Positions 23,050 through 33,980 of a stretch of DNA of 37,871 nt are shown piece by piece (position 1 is the first letter of the stretch; each line of letters begins with the position of its first letter). The stretch is from Macrostomum lignano. Lineage: Eukaryota. The notes beneath the pieces were generated by a model that had not been told where the DNA came from, searched no databases, and saw only the letters and a list, made by a program, of their open reading frames with translations. The DNA lies in assembly GCA_002269645.1 (NCBI GenBank), contig NIVC01000840.1:1-37871 (forward strand), in the 5' to 3' direction. The position numbers were made by a program, and so were the translations under genes.

Positions 23050-23850
23050 TAGACTCTAAAGTGAGTCATGCCCAAAATCCGTTAGTGTCTATATGGCATG
23101 CGAGGAGTTTAGGAAAAGCATAGTCGAAGCATGAAGCCCGACAAGACGCATTCTCAATTTTACAAGGCTACTCGCCTAAAACTCGGTGACTCAGCCACCA
23201 AAGTCCACCAAGATCTGGTAGATGCTTGGGGCGATGCTTTTCCATCCTTGAGAACCATACAGCGCTGGATGAAAGACGTCAATGACGGGACGCGGGAAGT
23301 GCTCGGCGATGGTGACCGACCTGGCCGGTCAAGGAGCTCAAGGACAGATGAGCTGGCGATGAAGGTTAAGGAGATGGTCTGCGAGAATCCCCACCTCTCG
23401 TCCCGTGATCTAGTTGACCTCTGGCGAACCGGAAACCTGTAACGTACTCTGAGCAAGATCAGCCTGCAAAAACGGACAATGCTCGACCGCATGTTGCAGG
23501 ACTCTTTAGGGATTTCCCCTGCAAGAGCGCTCTGTCACCGCGATTTGGAAGAGCCCTACAGTCCCGATCTGAACCTGTGTGACCGATTTCTGTTCCTCTA
23601 GCTAAAGAACGCACTCCGCGGCATGACCTTCAACAACTGTCAAGAGGTTGAAGAGGCCTCATTGCAGGTGTTGCGGAACATCTCTGAAAGTGCCCTCCGA
23701 GACCAGGTGGATGTGCCCCTGGACCACTACCAGCGCGTGATTGCAGTCAATGGACACTACGTTACTGATTAGAGTTAAAATGTTTCACGTTTTTACCTGT
23801 TTGCTTGCCTAGAGGTACTAACGACAAGACTTTTGTTCCACCTGGAGTAC
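23050..23850 (+). mobile_element. Degraded, internally deleted mariner (DD34D-type) element
   Basis: 23131-23442 encodes a mariner N-terminal HTH (FPSLRTIQRWMK...DRPGRSR); downstream frames give DNARPHVA and PYSPDLNLCD motifs and a C-terminus ending VNGHYVTD* (23772), with frameshifts and an in-frame stop; first catalytic Asp region is missing. TIRs only weakly recognisable. Confidence 0.88.
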
Positions 23851-25847
23851 GTATTGAAAATGATTTCGAAGTGGCGAATAAAAGTATAGTGATGGGAAGT
23901 TTTAAAGGCAAGATAAGATTAATCTTAATTTAGGCAAGATAAGTTATTTTTTTGGGAATGATACTAATAGATTTACTGGGATTATGGCGACAGTTGAAAA
24001 ATCCTGTCCAAAAAGCCCCTCTCATGACCACTACTCCAGTATCTCTAGTAATATGTCAATAAAATTGAAGAAATGAAGCCAGCAGTTCATCCTCAAAGGT
24101 ACCTACAGACTAATACAAAGAGTAAACGCTTGATTAAAGACTGCTGTCGTTCGCTTTCTCCTAGACCTTGTCGGAGCTTTGGATGCCAAGGTTTTAAATT
24201 CCTTTCAACCCGCGTTGATTACACAAAACTGCATTTGAGAAGACAACTAACCAAATTTGAACAGGCGTGTCTTTTAGCGCGCAGCAGTGTTGTCCAAAAA
24301 TAGATTTCCAAGAAACCCGGACAGGCGTCATAGAAAGGCAAAGACAAAAGCAAAAGCGAAAAATGTCGTGAAAGCGACGCGAGCTACAATCAACGATCGA
24401 GTTCGAACTAGAACACAGAGACGTCAATGGATTTCCCAGATACCCACGCCTTTCATTTTTTTTCTACAAAAGAAAGAGGCGTTCCAGGGCTGGCTTGAAT
24501 TGCTAGGCGCGGCGAGTCGATAATTTCTTTTCAAACTACCCGCATTTCAGTTGCCAGCCACGCCTACGCGCTGTTTTTGCTAGGGCGACATGGACAGATA
24601 AGGCAAAGGCATCTCAAAGCTCGCCTGCAGTAGCAGCTGCAATCAGGAAATGGGAGACTCCCCCAGGTAACGCAGGCCTTGCAACGCAGCGTAGGAAGGA
24701 AACGACAAGACAAGGAGCTAGCTTGGCTGGGCCAGTGCAGGGGGACGGACTGGCGACACAAAATCCGCCCCTCCCTTCCTCAGGATGTGCTGAGCAGCAG
24801 CATCATTATCATAGCTATCTGCTTCTTTTATTCCCAGCTGCAGAAGCCAACTGAGCAGAGGGCAAACCATCAATCAGCAGAGCCCACCGCCATGCCTAAT
24901 ATATCCACGAACTGAAAGGAGGAAACTTATTTTTTCGAATTATCTTTCTCTTTCTTTTCTGACTAACTACATTACATATCTATATAGATAGCGTCACGTT
25001 CAACTTGGGCCTTCATCTATCATCGCGTACCTAATGCCTATTATCCTGTGTCACGCGTCACCAAGTTGGAGAAAGAAAGCAAAAAAGTAGACAAACGTGG
25101 CATTGCCGAAGTCAGCCAAGCACAAAATAATGCTCATTTAATATGCTTTGTTAATAAAAAACATAACACACCAAACGCGTCGAGCTGGCCTAGAAAAAAA
25201 CTGAAAAAAATAGTTTGCAAAAGCAGCAAAAAACGCTGGCTATCACTAAAGAAAAACGGAAAATGGAATCATAGTTAACAGCATATATGGGGAAACGAGA
25301 CGTGGGCGAAAAACAGTCCGAGTTTTCCTCAAATCCCAGCTGACTCAAGGCTGGCAGCAAATATTAGTAGCAAGAAGATAAAACCGGATTACCCGCTTCC
25401 GAAACGTCACTTTTTCTTATAGGTCTGATCCAGACTGACTGACTGACTTTGGGTGATCGATTACTGAATTTTTTTCAACCTATATGCGCATATGAAACAG
25501 CGATAGTCCAGGATGGGATTTCAGATCGAACTTTTTATCTACTTGTAGGCTAAATTAGAAAAAAGTAAAACTTGTGTGTCCATCACCAAAATAATTAATG
25601 AAGTAGCACTTAAATAAGGCACAGAGCAATAAGCTGATACGCAACAATTCACCTAAGAAAGTGCAGCACCAAAATTTTTATAAAATCTATTAATATATAG
25701 CAAATTTTACACTACCACGTGACCAGAAATCAAACGAGCATTCTGAACTTAGACGTGGTTTGAAAGCGGTGACCTCAAGGAACTGAACAAAACCAATGCT
25801 AGAATCTATCTATGATCCTAAAAACTTACAAGTTAAACTGGCTCAAG

Positions 25848-26726
25848 GAACTGGTTCTGTTCCTTGGGTCATGGCTTCCATAACTGGTTCTGTTCCTTGG
25901 GTCATGGCTTCCAAAACCGGTTCTGTTTCTTGGGTCATGGCTTCCATAACTGGTTCTGTTCTTTGGGTCATGGCTTCCAAAACTGGTTCTGTTCTTTGAG
26001 TCATGGCTTCCATAACTGGTTCTGTTCTTTGGGTCATGGCTTCCATAACTGGTTCTGTTCCTTGGGTCATGGCTTCCAAAACTGGTTCTGTTCTTTGAGC
26101 CATGGCTTCCATAACTGGTTCTGATCCTTGGGTCATGGCTTCCAAAACTGGTTCTGTTCTTTGGGTCATGGCTTCCAAAACTGGTTCTGTTCTTTGGGTC
26201 ATGGCTTCCATAACTGGTTCTGTTCCTTGGGTCATGGATTCCAAAACCGGTTCTGTTCTTTGGGTCATGGCTTCCAAAACTGGTTCTGTTCTTTAAGTCA
26301 TGGCTTCCATAACTGGTTCTGTTCTTTGGGTCATGGCTTCCAAAACTGGTTCTGTTCTTTGAGTCATGGCTTCCAAAACTGGTTCTGTTCTTTGAGTCAT
26401 CATGCCTTCCAAAACTGGTTCTGTTCCTTGAGTCATCATGCCTTCCAAACCGGTTCTGTTCTTTGAGTCATCATATGCCTTCCAAAACTGGTTCTGTTCC
26501 TTGAGTCATCATGGCTTCCAAAACTGGTTCTGTTTTTTGAGTCATCATGGCTTCCAAAACTGGTTCTGTTCTTTGAGTCATCATGGCTTCCAAAACTGGT
26601 TCTGTTCTTTGAGTCATCATGGCTTTCAAAACTGGTTCTGTTCTTTGAGTCATCATGGCTTTCAAAACTGGTTCTGTTATTTGAGTCATGGCTTGCAAAA
26701 CCGGTTTTGTTCTTTGAGTCATGGCT
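25848..26726. repeat. 33-bp minisatellite (aactggttctgttctttgggtcatggcttccaa) changing to 36-bp units by CAT insertion, ~26 copies
   Basis: Directly visible; explains the EAMTQRTEPVL-type ORFs. Confidence 0.97.
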
Positions 26727-26886
26727 TCCGAAACGCGTCAAGATTCACGAACTCTCGCAGAAAAGCACTAGCCTTAATTAGACCAAAACAGCACATTGAA
26801 GCGACCCGGTATTTTTATGCAGAAAAATTGGATTAGAATCAAGTAAAAAGCTAATGAAAGCTGAACCAACCAACCAGAGACAGAGT

Positions 26887-26892
26887 TTTATT
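26887..26892 (-). promoter_or_regulatory. Candidate polyadenylation signal (AATAAA) of the second Ig-TM gene
   Basis: tttatt on the plus strand ~90 nt past the stop codon. Confidence 0.45.
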
Positions 26893-26979
26893 TAACAGCA
26901 GAACTGAATCATGGTAAAAAATTAACCATTGATTGCACTAGAAAAAAGCAGAATAAATTCCAATAGAAAAAACTTGCAA

Positions 26980-27489
26980 TCAAACTGCGCGACTAGATTG
27001 TCTAAAAGAGCCCAACAGAGACATAACGCATAACACGCCAGCCAAAATCGTTAGAGCACCATCAATAGAGTACACAATCGTTAAAACTGACGTATAAGAC
27101 GGCATTTTATAAATGACAACATTAACCGAAGCGGTCATGTTACACGAATTCAGACGGCACTGATAGTAACCACTGTCACCTTCCGTAGCCTTTAAACAGT
27201 TTAATTTACCATCGTTTGATTGAAACCGGCCTCTCAAAGACAAGCCAGTAATCATAGTGCCATTAGGCGAGTACCATTCCAACGAGCTACTATTAAACTT
27301 GCTGACGCAATCGCCCACAGCAACAGGCTTTGGCAAACGACAAGAGATTGTGAAGCTGCGACCAATTTCGGCTGAGGTTTGATTGAGCGATAAAATTAAA
27401 TAACTGGCAGCATGAACTGTCTGCTGGCCGAATACTAATATCGACAGAATTAGTGCACTCGCAATCGTTTTGTAAGCTGTGTAAGTCAT
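26980..27489 (-). CDS. Single-Ig-domain type I membrane protein, 169 aa, paralogue of 19266-20036, Asp in the TM helix, ~7-aa tail
   Basis: Signal peptide (IASALILSILVFGQQTVHA); Ig core ISC...LEWYSPNG...GDSGYYQC; TM VLTIVYSIDGALTILAGVLCVMSLL; four sequons; strong minus-strand acceptor (tcttttttcag at ~27524-27534) shortly upstream of the ATG indicates a 5'UTR intron or trans-splice site. Confidence 0.92.
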   Translation of the reverse strand: MTYTAYKTIASALILSILVFGQQTVHAASYLILSLNQTSAEIGRSFTISCRLPKPVAVGDCVSKFNSSSLEWYSPNGTMITGLSLRGRFQSNDGKLNCLKATEGDSGYYQCRLNSCNMTASVNVVIYKMPSYTSVLTIVYSIDGALTILAGVLCVMSLLGSFRQSSRAV

Positions 27490-29347
27490 TTGTTTGACTG
27501 TCTATAAGACTTAAATACACTTGCTGAAAAAAGACAAGTAAATGAAACAAATAGAAATTTTGTTACAGGCTGCAGTTTTTAATACTTAAAAGCTGGGATA
27601 TTCACATATATGTAATAATTAACGATATTCTAGCTATTACTGTGATAAACAACTTTGTGTCGTCACTTTATAAGAAGTTTAAATAAAGAAGTACCACCTG
27701 TTCCGATTTTGCAAATTCGATTCTTGGAAAAGAGACGCGTGTAACCTACAACTTTACGATGTAACCTGTATCAAACATACTCTAAAAAGTCCACAAAAGC
27801 TGAAAGGTAGCCATATTGCAATTTCAATTCACCGTACCTACTTAAATACTCGCCAAAGTACAGTTACCCAGGACTAATTTTTCCTATTTTTAGCTCGTGG
27901 CTGCTTTCAATAGCTGATTTGATAGGAGCCACTAGCAACATATCGACTTGAGCAGAGCATCAGTGCCCCAAGTGAGCCCAACGCTGGAAAGACACAAGTG
28001 GCAACTTATCTGACACTAATCTCGCCTCGCACTGACTATCGAACAGAATGCCTGGAGCAATTCAGACACATGCCAATTAAAAAATGCATTAACTGCAGAC
28101 ATTCTCTCATTTCACCCTTGACAGTTAATACAGACAGTGGAAAACTTGTCGACTAATGAAACACAGCTTAGTCCGATAGAGAACCGTTACAAGCCATTAA
28201 AGGCGATTTCCTATAGGTATGAACGATTAATTTGCACTCCGAACCCAATACGTTAACACCAAATTCACACAGGGATAGCTAGTAATATATGCCATGCGAA
28301 AGCGAATATACGAGTGTAAATAGATTATTAAATGCATAACCAGACTGTCAAGGTAAATAACCCAGAACTAATCCTAGTTTATTCAATTTGACATACGCTG
28401 TGATCCTAAGCTGATAATCTAGCAAGTCATTGACAGTACGGGATGGATAATCCTATCTCATAAGAAATCAAATCAAACGACAATGCATTTTTAAAAATCT
28501 TCCTGACCAAGCCGCTTAAATACATTTCGACTGTTAAGCCTATAAGAATAACTTCGTGCTAGATTGAGATTATGCCCCTTTCGTGTGCCTGCAGCTCTAA
28601 GCAGTTTTAAATTCTAAACATATTTAAAAAAACATTTGCTGGTAAGACAAGGTTTAATGAGTGGCATCGCATAACAATTCAGTCATACGAGCGTATGAGC
28701 AGGTTGCTATGTAACAAATTATCGTCGAAAAATACACGATATCATGATAAAATATTCGCCTGCTGTAGCTTACATAGCTATGCACGACTGCTCACCCTCT
28801 GCCTACCCCCGTGGAGCTCGTATGCTTTCTGCAGTTCAGTCATGAGACAACGACTGATGCAGAATTGCACAAAGTTCTCAACGCCCGGTTTTCCCTTTCA
28901 CTTTCACACAGCTAAAAATAAAGCAATTACTAATTTAACGATTACTAAGCCAAAAAACCCGACACGCCACAAAGAGATTGTAAGCTGTCCACTGACAGAG
29001 ACTCGTGTATTTAATTATCCGCCCACAGATCACCTCGCTTCACACAGAAAAAAAACTTTCTTTCTAGAAGGTTTATACGGGAGAAAAACAAAAACTATGG
29101 GGGGAATATTGACCGAAAGTTCATTTCGTTGTTTTTGCACGGGTCAATGACAATAGAGAGGAAAGAGGAAAAATAACCAACTAAGTTAAGCCCGCACAGA
29201 GGCGTCGTTGGATTGTTCAAATTCAAAGTTAGAGTCGGGACTTCAAAAGTGTCTGTTTTGTATATTTTAAATAGAAACTCTGCTCCCCAATCATTTATCT
29301 TCTATAGTAATTTTCCAACTGATGCGACGTGGGAGAGCTCAAGGCTG

Positions 29348-29680
29348 TTAGTCCAATCCCTTCAGCAGCGAGCCGATGTCAAGATTGTTGATGTCGTGGT
29401 GACGATCCATGGCCTGACCGGCTGGGCGGTAGCCAAGGCGACCCTGCTGCTGTCGCAGCTCCCGCTCTCGCTCCTGACGCTGCATGGACTCCATGAACTG
29501 CTCCCACATAGTCTCAAACTGCTCATCGTTCATCACGGGTCCGGAGGAGCTGCCGCTAGCGCTGCTGCTGGCGCCGCTGCGATGACCGTTGCTGCCAGAT
29601 ACAACGGCGGTAGCTGGCAGAGCAGTAACAGCAGCAGCCAGGGAAATAGCAACCAACAGATAGAAGGTAAAACACTTCAT
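29348..29680 (-). CDS. Small secreted protein / peptide precursor, 110 aa, function unknown
   Basis: Clear signal peptide MKCFTFYLLVAISLAAAVTA|LP; Ser/Gly linker, charged helical segment, amphipathic C-terminus; GC-rich coding-like composition against an AT-rich background. Confidence 0.8.
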   Translation of the reverse strand: MKCFTFYLLVAISLAAAVTALPATAVVSGSNGHRSGASSSASGSSSGPVMNDEQFETMWEQFMESMQRQERERELRQQQGRLGYRPAGQAMDRHHDINNLDIGSLLKGLD

Positions 29681-29756
29681 TATAGAACTTGGGCTTCGAA
29701 TTTTTTTACAAATAATTTTATCAGCTGTATATTTTGAGCCGTAACTAAATCAAACG

Positions 29757-29794
29757 AACTGGGTGCAGGACGTGAGAAAATTTCAGTTTTTATA
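29757..29794 (-). promoter_or_regulatory. Candidate TATA box (TATAAAA) and Inr-like CCAGTT upstream of the secreted peptide gene
   Basis: Minus-strand TATAAAA at 29794-29788 and CCAGTT at 29762-29757, ~34 nt apart and ~80-110 nt upstream of the ATG; AT-rich context makes chance plausible. Confidence 0.3.
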
Positions 29795-30774
29795 CATAAA
29801 ACGGCGATGAAAATCTACACTCGGCAAGTTAATCCCTATTGGACAGGCGAGTTCAGATTTTTTAAAATAATTTTTTAGACAATGGCTTTGACTTTTGATT
29901 GGTTTAGCCATGGGGGATGTCTAACTGCTATTCAATGGCCATAGCAGAGACAAAGTTCTAGAATAGAAAAATAAGCATATTTCATGCAAAACTACTTACA
30001 AGTAGCGAGTAAAGAAAATATTATAACCTACTAAGATACTAATTCACCTGAGGTGTATCATATAATAACCACATGAGCACATAGATAACCTTTATGACAA
30101 TAGCCATTTTCATGAATAATGCATAAATAAAGTGTCATATTCCTTTTTAAAGCAATCCCCTTAGCATTTATGCATGGCTGAATCTGCATCTACCACTCCT
30201 AGAAGTAGCTTAAGTACTCCTATGTAGGTACCCTTTCTAGTGCTGCTTTGACCACTCAAGCCAGGTCTTAAATATGCAAAAATGGCTTTCTAGAAAGTGC
30301 TGATGTCAGCTTTAGGAATAGCTAAAAGTTGCAGAGTATAAGGTCTGGCAAGTAAGATAGATAAGATAATAGATGAACCCTTTTACTATTCTAAATATAC
30401 ATGAATCGCAGCAATAGTGTGCAATGCTGCATTGTTATAGTGCAGTAGCAGCTTGGCAGTATGGAGAGTTCTTGCCTGCTATTGTCTCTCTTATGGCACC
30501 ATTTCTGTATAATACGGCAATTACAAAACTACCTATAAGAAGGATGTCCACTGCTAAAATACCCAAGGAATTAAAGAAAATTTTGAAACAACCTTTTCCT
30601 ACTTCTGAAACCAGTCTTTATTACTTTAGGCCTGGGCTTATCTAGACTAGACTATGTTGGACTGCTTATTCTTCATTGTAAAAAAAGAAATCTAGCATTT
30701 GTCACTTGTTACTATGTCAGACAAACTTTTGAGGCCATTGGGTTAAAACATCAGCACTATAGTCAGTAGATCAT

Positions 30775-30966
30775 CAGGGGCATAGGGAGGGGGGATAGGG
30801 GGATGTATCCCCCCCCCAAAGAGCCTGACCAAAACTTTTTTGTTGACATTTGTTGCTATACATGCTACTATGTGACTCTGTCATAGCACTTTTACATTGG
30901 TATATCCCCCCATAGAAAATTCACCTTGGTGTATCCCCCCATAGGAAATTCCTGGCTACGCCCTTA
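30775..30966. mobile_element. 192-bp hAT-type MITE
   Basis: Imperfect TIRs (caggggcatagggagg / cctggctacgccctta) flanked by a perfect 8-bp TSD TAGATCAT (30767-30774 and 30967-30974). Confidence 0.85.
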
Positions 30967-31981
30967 TAGATCATGTGCATATAAATAGCTTGCTGCTCTA
31001 TTGTAAACAGCTTATGCATGGTGATGTAGGTGCTATCATAGCTTATACCAAGCTTAGAAAGGAATCTTAGTATCATACTCTTAATTTTTATATATAACAG
31101 CTTCTATGAAGGCCATTGACCTTTAGCTTTGCCTTGGTTGCTAATTTCTAAGGCTATTTAGACTAGGTATGATTTAGGATACTTAATTGACCATAGGAAA
31201 AGTGCCATAAACTAGCATTCAATGATATGAAAAAGAAAACTGAAGCCAAATTGGCATAGATATTTATAGCCCAATCTAAGCTACATATGTATATAAATGT
31301 TAAAATGAATATGGTCTTTGAAAGGTTTTGCATAAAAGTTCAATCATACTAATAATTAAAAAAACAATTTCATTAGATAAATAGCAAAATTAGCTATTGG
31401 TACATATATAATTTTATTGTATTTAGTAAACCAAATGAACACTTTAAATTGATTATATAAATAGATAATAGATATCAAAATCTTATTATTAGTCTCAAAG
31501 GGACAGTGAGGGATTCAACATTATAAGCTTAGGTTTATAGTCTCTTAATTGTCTCCATGTTTGTTCTCTCCTATCCTAGGTCCAATATTTGTAACTTTTT
31601 TTGCCAAATCCAGCTTTTTGATATCATTATAAGTAGAATCACATATCATTTGTATACATAGGTTACTTAGGCTCTAATTTTTTAGCTCAAGTTGATAGGC
31701 CCTGTATATTATATGCATAATTACCAAGGTGAAATTTATCCCAAAACAAATAATATACTCTATGCAAAAATAAGTATATATGCATATAAAACTTCATTAA
31801 TTATTTTGATCCTAAGAGAGCTTTAGTAAATTATTATTGGCATTAATATTAATAGGTCTACACTTACATTTAAATCCAACAATATGTCTATATACACTTT
31901 TCTAGCAAAAAATCTACTATTCTATATACTTTTCTTGATCATTTTTTGTTATATTTACTTAATATATAAAGTATACAGTAC

Positions 31982-32401
31982 CAGTGGCATAGCCAGGAAT
32001 TTCAATTGAGGGGGGGGGGGGAAGGGCCAGGTTGGGTTGGCCTGGCTAGCCATACCTTATGCTATTGCCATTTTTGGCACCATAGACACTCATTTTGGCA
32101 TTGCAGACACTCATTTTTGGTGCCGCAGGCACTCTTTTTAGTGCTGCAAGCCCTCATTTTGGCACCACAGGCACTTATTTTAGTGCCATAGGCACTCATT
32201 TTAGCGCCACAGGCACTCATTTTAGTGCCATAGGCACTCATTTTAGCACCACAGGCACTCATTTTAGTGCCACAGGCACTCATTTTAGTGCCACAGGCAC
32301 TCAATTGCCTCATGGTTTTTTGGTACCCGCCGCGCCCAACCCTATCCCCCAGGCGATTGAGGGGGGGTGCAGCCTCCTAGGCCCCCCTGGCTATGCCACT
32401 A
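31982..32401. mobile_element. 420-bp hAT-type MITE carrying an internal 21-bp tandem array (gcactcattttagtgccacag, ~10 copies, ~32080-32300)
   Basis: TIRs cagtggcatagccagg / cctggctatgccacta (15/16); flanks tacagtac / catagtat differ only by C/T changes (decayed 8-bp TSD). Confidence 0.8.
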
Positions 32402-32502
32402 CATAGTATACTTTGACATAATTATAAAATATAAAAAATAGACTAATTAGACTGAAACTACTCAATGTAAATAATATTTTTAGAGCTTGCATATGCAGCA
32501 AC

Positions 32503-32907
32503 CCAAATTGCGGAAGGTTTTCTGTGTACACTAGCCACATTTTTATTGAATTTTCAATTGTACGCCAACAGATTTTAAATGTACGCCAACTTAAAAAATG
32601 GTAAAAAAATCAACGAATATTTAAATTTAAATTTAAACTACAAAAAATTGATAACGACATGACGATTGTTGTGACAATTCCAATAATTAAAATGATTGGT
32701 AAATGAGAAAATAATAGCAGAAAAAAGGTTTTTGAAATAACTTAACATAGAAAAAGCACAAAATTCTTTATAATTTCTATGCCAGTTGCCATACACCACA
32801 CTGTACGCCACACTGTACACAGCCAAGAAATGTACGCTAGTGTACGCCACGGAAATCAAGTGTATGCCGGAATTTTCCAGCATACACCCCACCGTCTGCA
32901 AAATTGG
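32503..32907. mobile_element. Possible ~405-bp insertion with weak TIRs inside the above element
   Basis: Ends ccaaattgcggaaggt / accgtctgcaaaattgg, flanked by cagcaac / cggcaac; removing it restores continuity with the intact copy. Confidence 0.35.
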
Positions 32908-32997
32908 CGGCAACTATCTACCTAGTATTTTAATTGCATACATGGTGGCTATCCACCTAGTGCTTTAATTGCATACATGGCAGCTATCTACCTAATA

Positions 32998-33980
32998 CGA
33001 AGGGTGTCCAAAAATAGTGATACTTTTAACCATAGCTCTTGTTCTATAGCTTCCTGTGATTTAAAATTTTATGAATTGATAGAAGCAAATCTCTTCTACA
33101 GACTGTTTTTTTAATTTTTAAAATTGATACCAGAGAACAAAAGTTATACCCATGAAAGTAACAGTACCTGTACCATAGAGTTACACAAATTATAGGTTGA
33201 GCTTCACAAGATCCATGCCAAGTAAGCTTCGATGAATTGTTGATTTCGCTTGTCCAACCTATCAGCGATCTCTCTAATGGTCATTTGGGAGTCCTCGTCA
33301 AGAAGATTCAGAATGGAGTCCGCCAGTATATCAGGTCAATGAACGTATGGCTGCCCTGTCTGATGCTGATCTGCCAAGTCAGTCCTTCCCTCGCTGAACT
33401 GCTCCATCCATCGATAAACTGTCATTTTGCTGACCATAGAGGATCCATGCACAGAGCAAAGTTTTGCGTGAATTTCTGAGGCACTATGGCCAGCACCCCA
33501 AAGAGTGAAGATAGTACTTTGCTGAGCAACAACTGAGTGCACATCCATGTGTGTTGTCGAGTATGGGCAATGAAATCAATTGCAAAATGCAAGCTCCTCT
33601 GTTTGCAAGTAAAGTAATGAATTTAATGCTTTATTTTTCTGCGCATGATTCTGTCCATAGACAAATTTCAGTCAGTCACAGTGAGCATCATTTTGCAATT
33701 GGGCTTTGGTATTGCTTAAACAAGACATTTATCAATGCCTTCTTAATGAATAAGTGCAGAAGTCGACTATCATAAATTTTGATATAGTTTGTGTAACTCT
33801 ATGGTACAGGTACTGTTACTTTTGTGGGTATAACTTTTGTTCTCTGGTATCAATTTTAAAAATTCAAAAAGCAGTCTGTAGAAGAGATTTGTCACTATCA
33901 GTTCATAAAATTTTAAATCACAGGAAGCTATAGAACAAGAGCTACGGTTAAAAGTATCACTACTTTTTGGACACCCCTTG
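32998..33980 (-). mobile_element. 983-bp non-autonomous Tc1/mariner deletion derivative with ~195-bp TIRs
   Basis: TA at 32996-32997 and 33981-33982; long near-perfect inverted repeats (cgaagggtgtccaaaaatagtgatac... / ...gtatcactactttttggacaccccttg); internal minus-strand mariner HTH relic 33336-33548 (SASEIHAKL...SKMTVYRWMEQFSEGRTDL). Confidence 0.92.

Noticed and set aside
24287-24523. RFPRNPDRR resembling a THAP-domain FP motif
   Set aside because: The C2CH zinc ligands and the conserved Trp are not present in frame.
25796-26836. Multiple repeat ORFs (EAMTQRTEPVL, HGFQNWFCSL)
   Set aside because: 33/36-bp minisatellite artefacts on both strands.
28695-29737. 151-aa and 174-aa plus-strand ORFs
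   Set aside because: No domain or coding-like composition in the first; the second is the antisense shadow of the secreted peptide gene.
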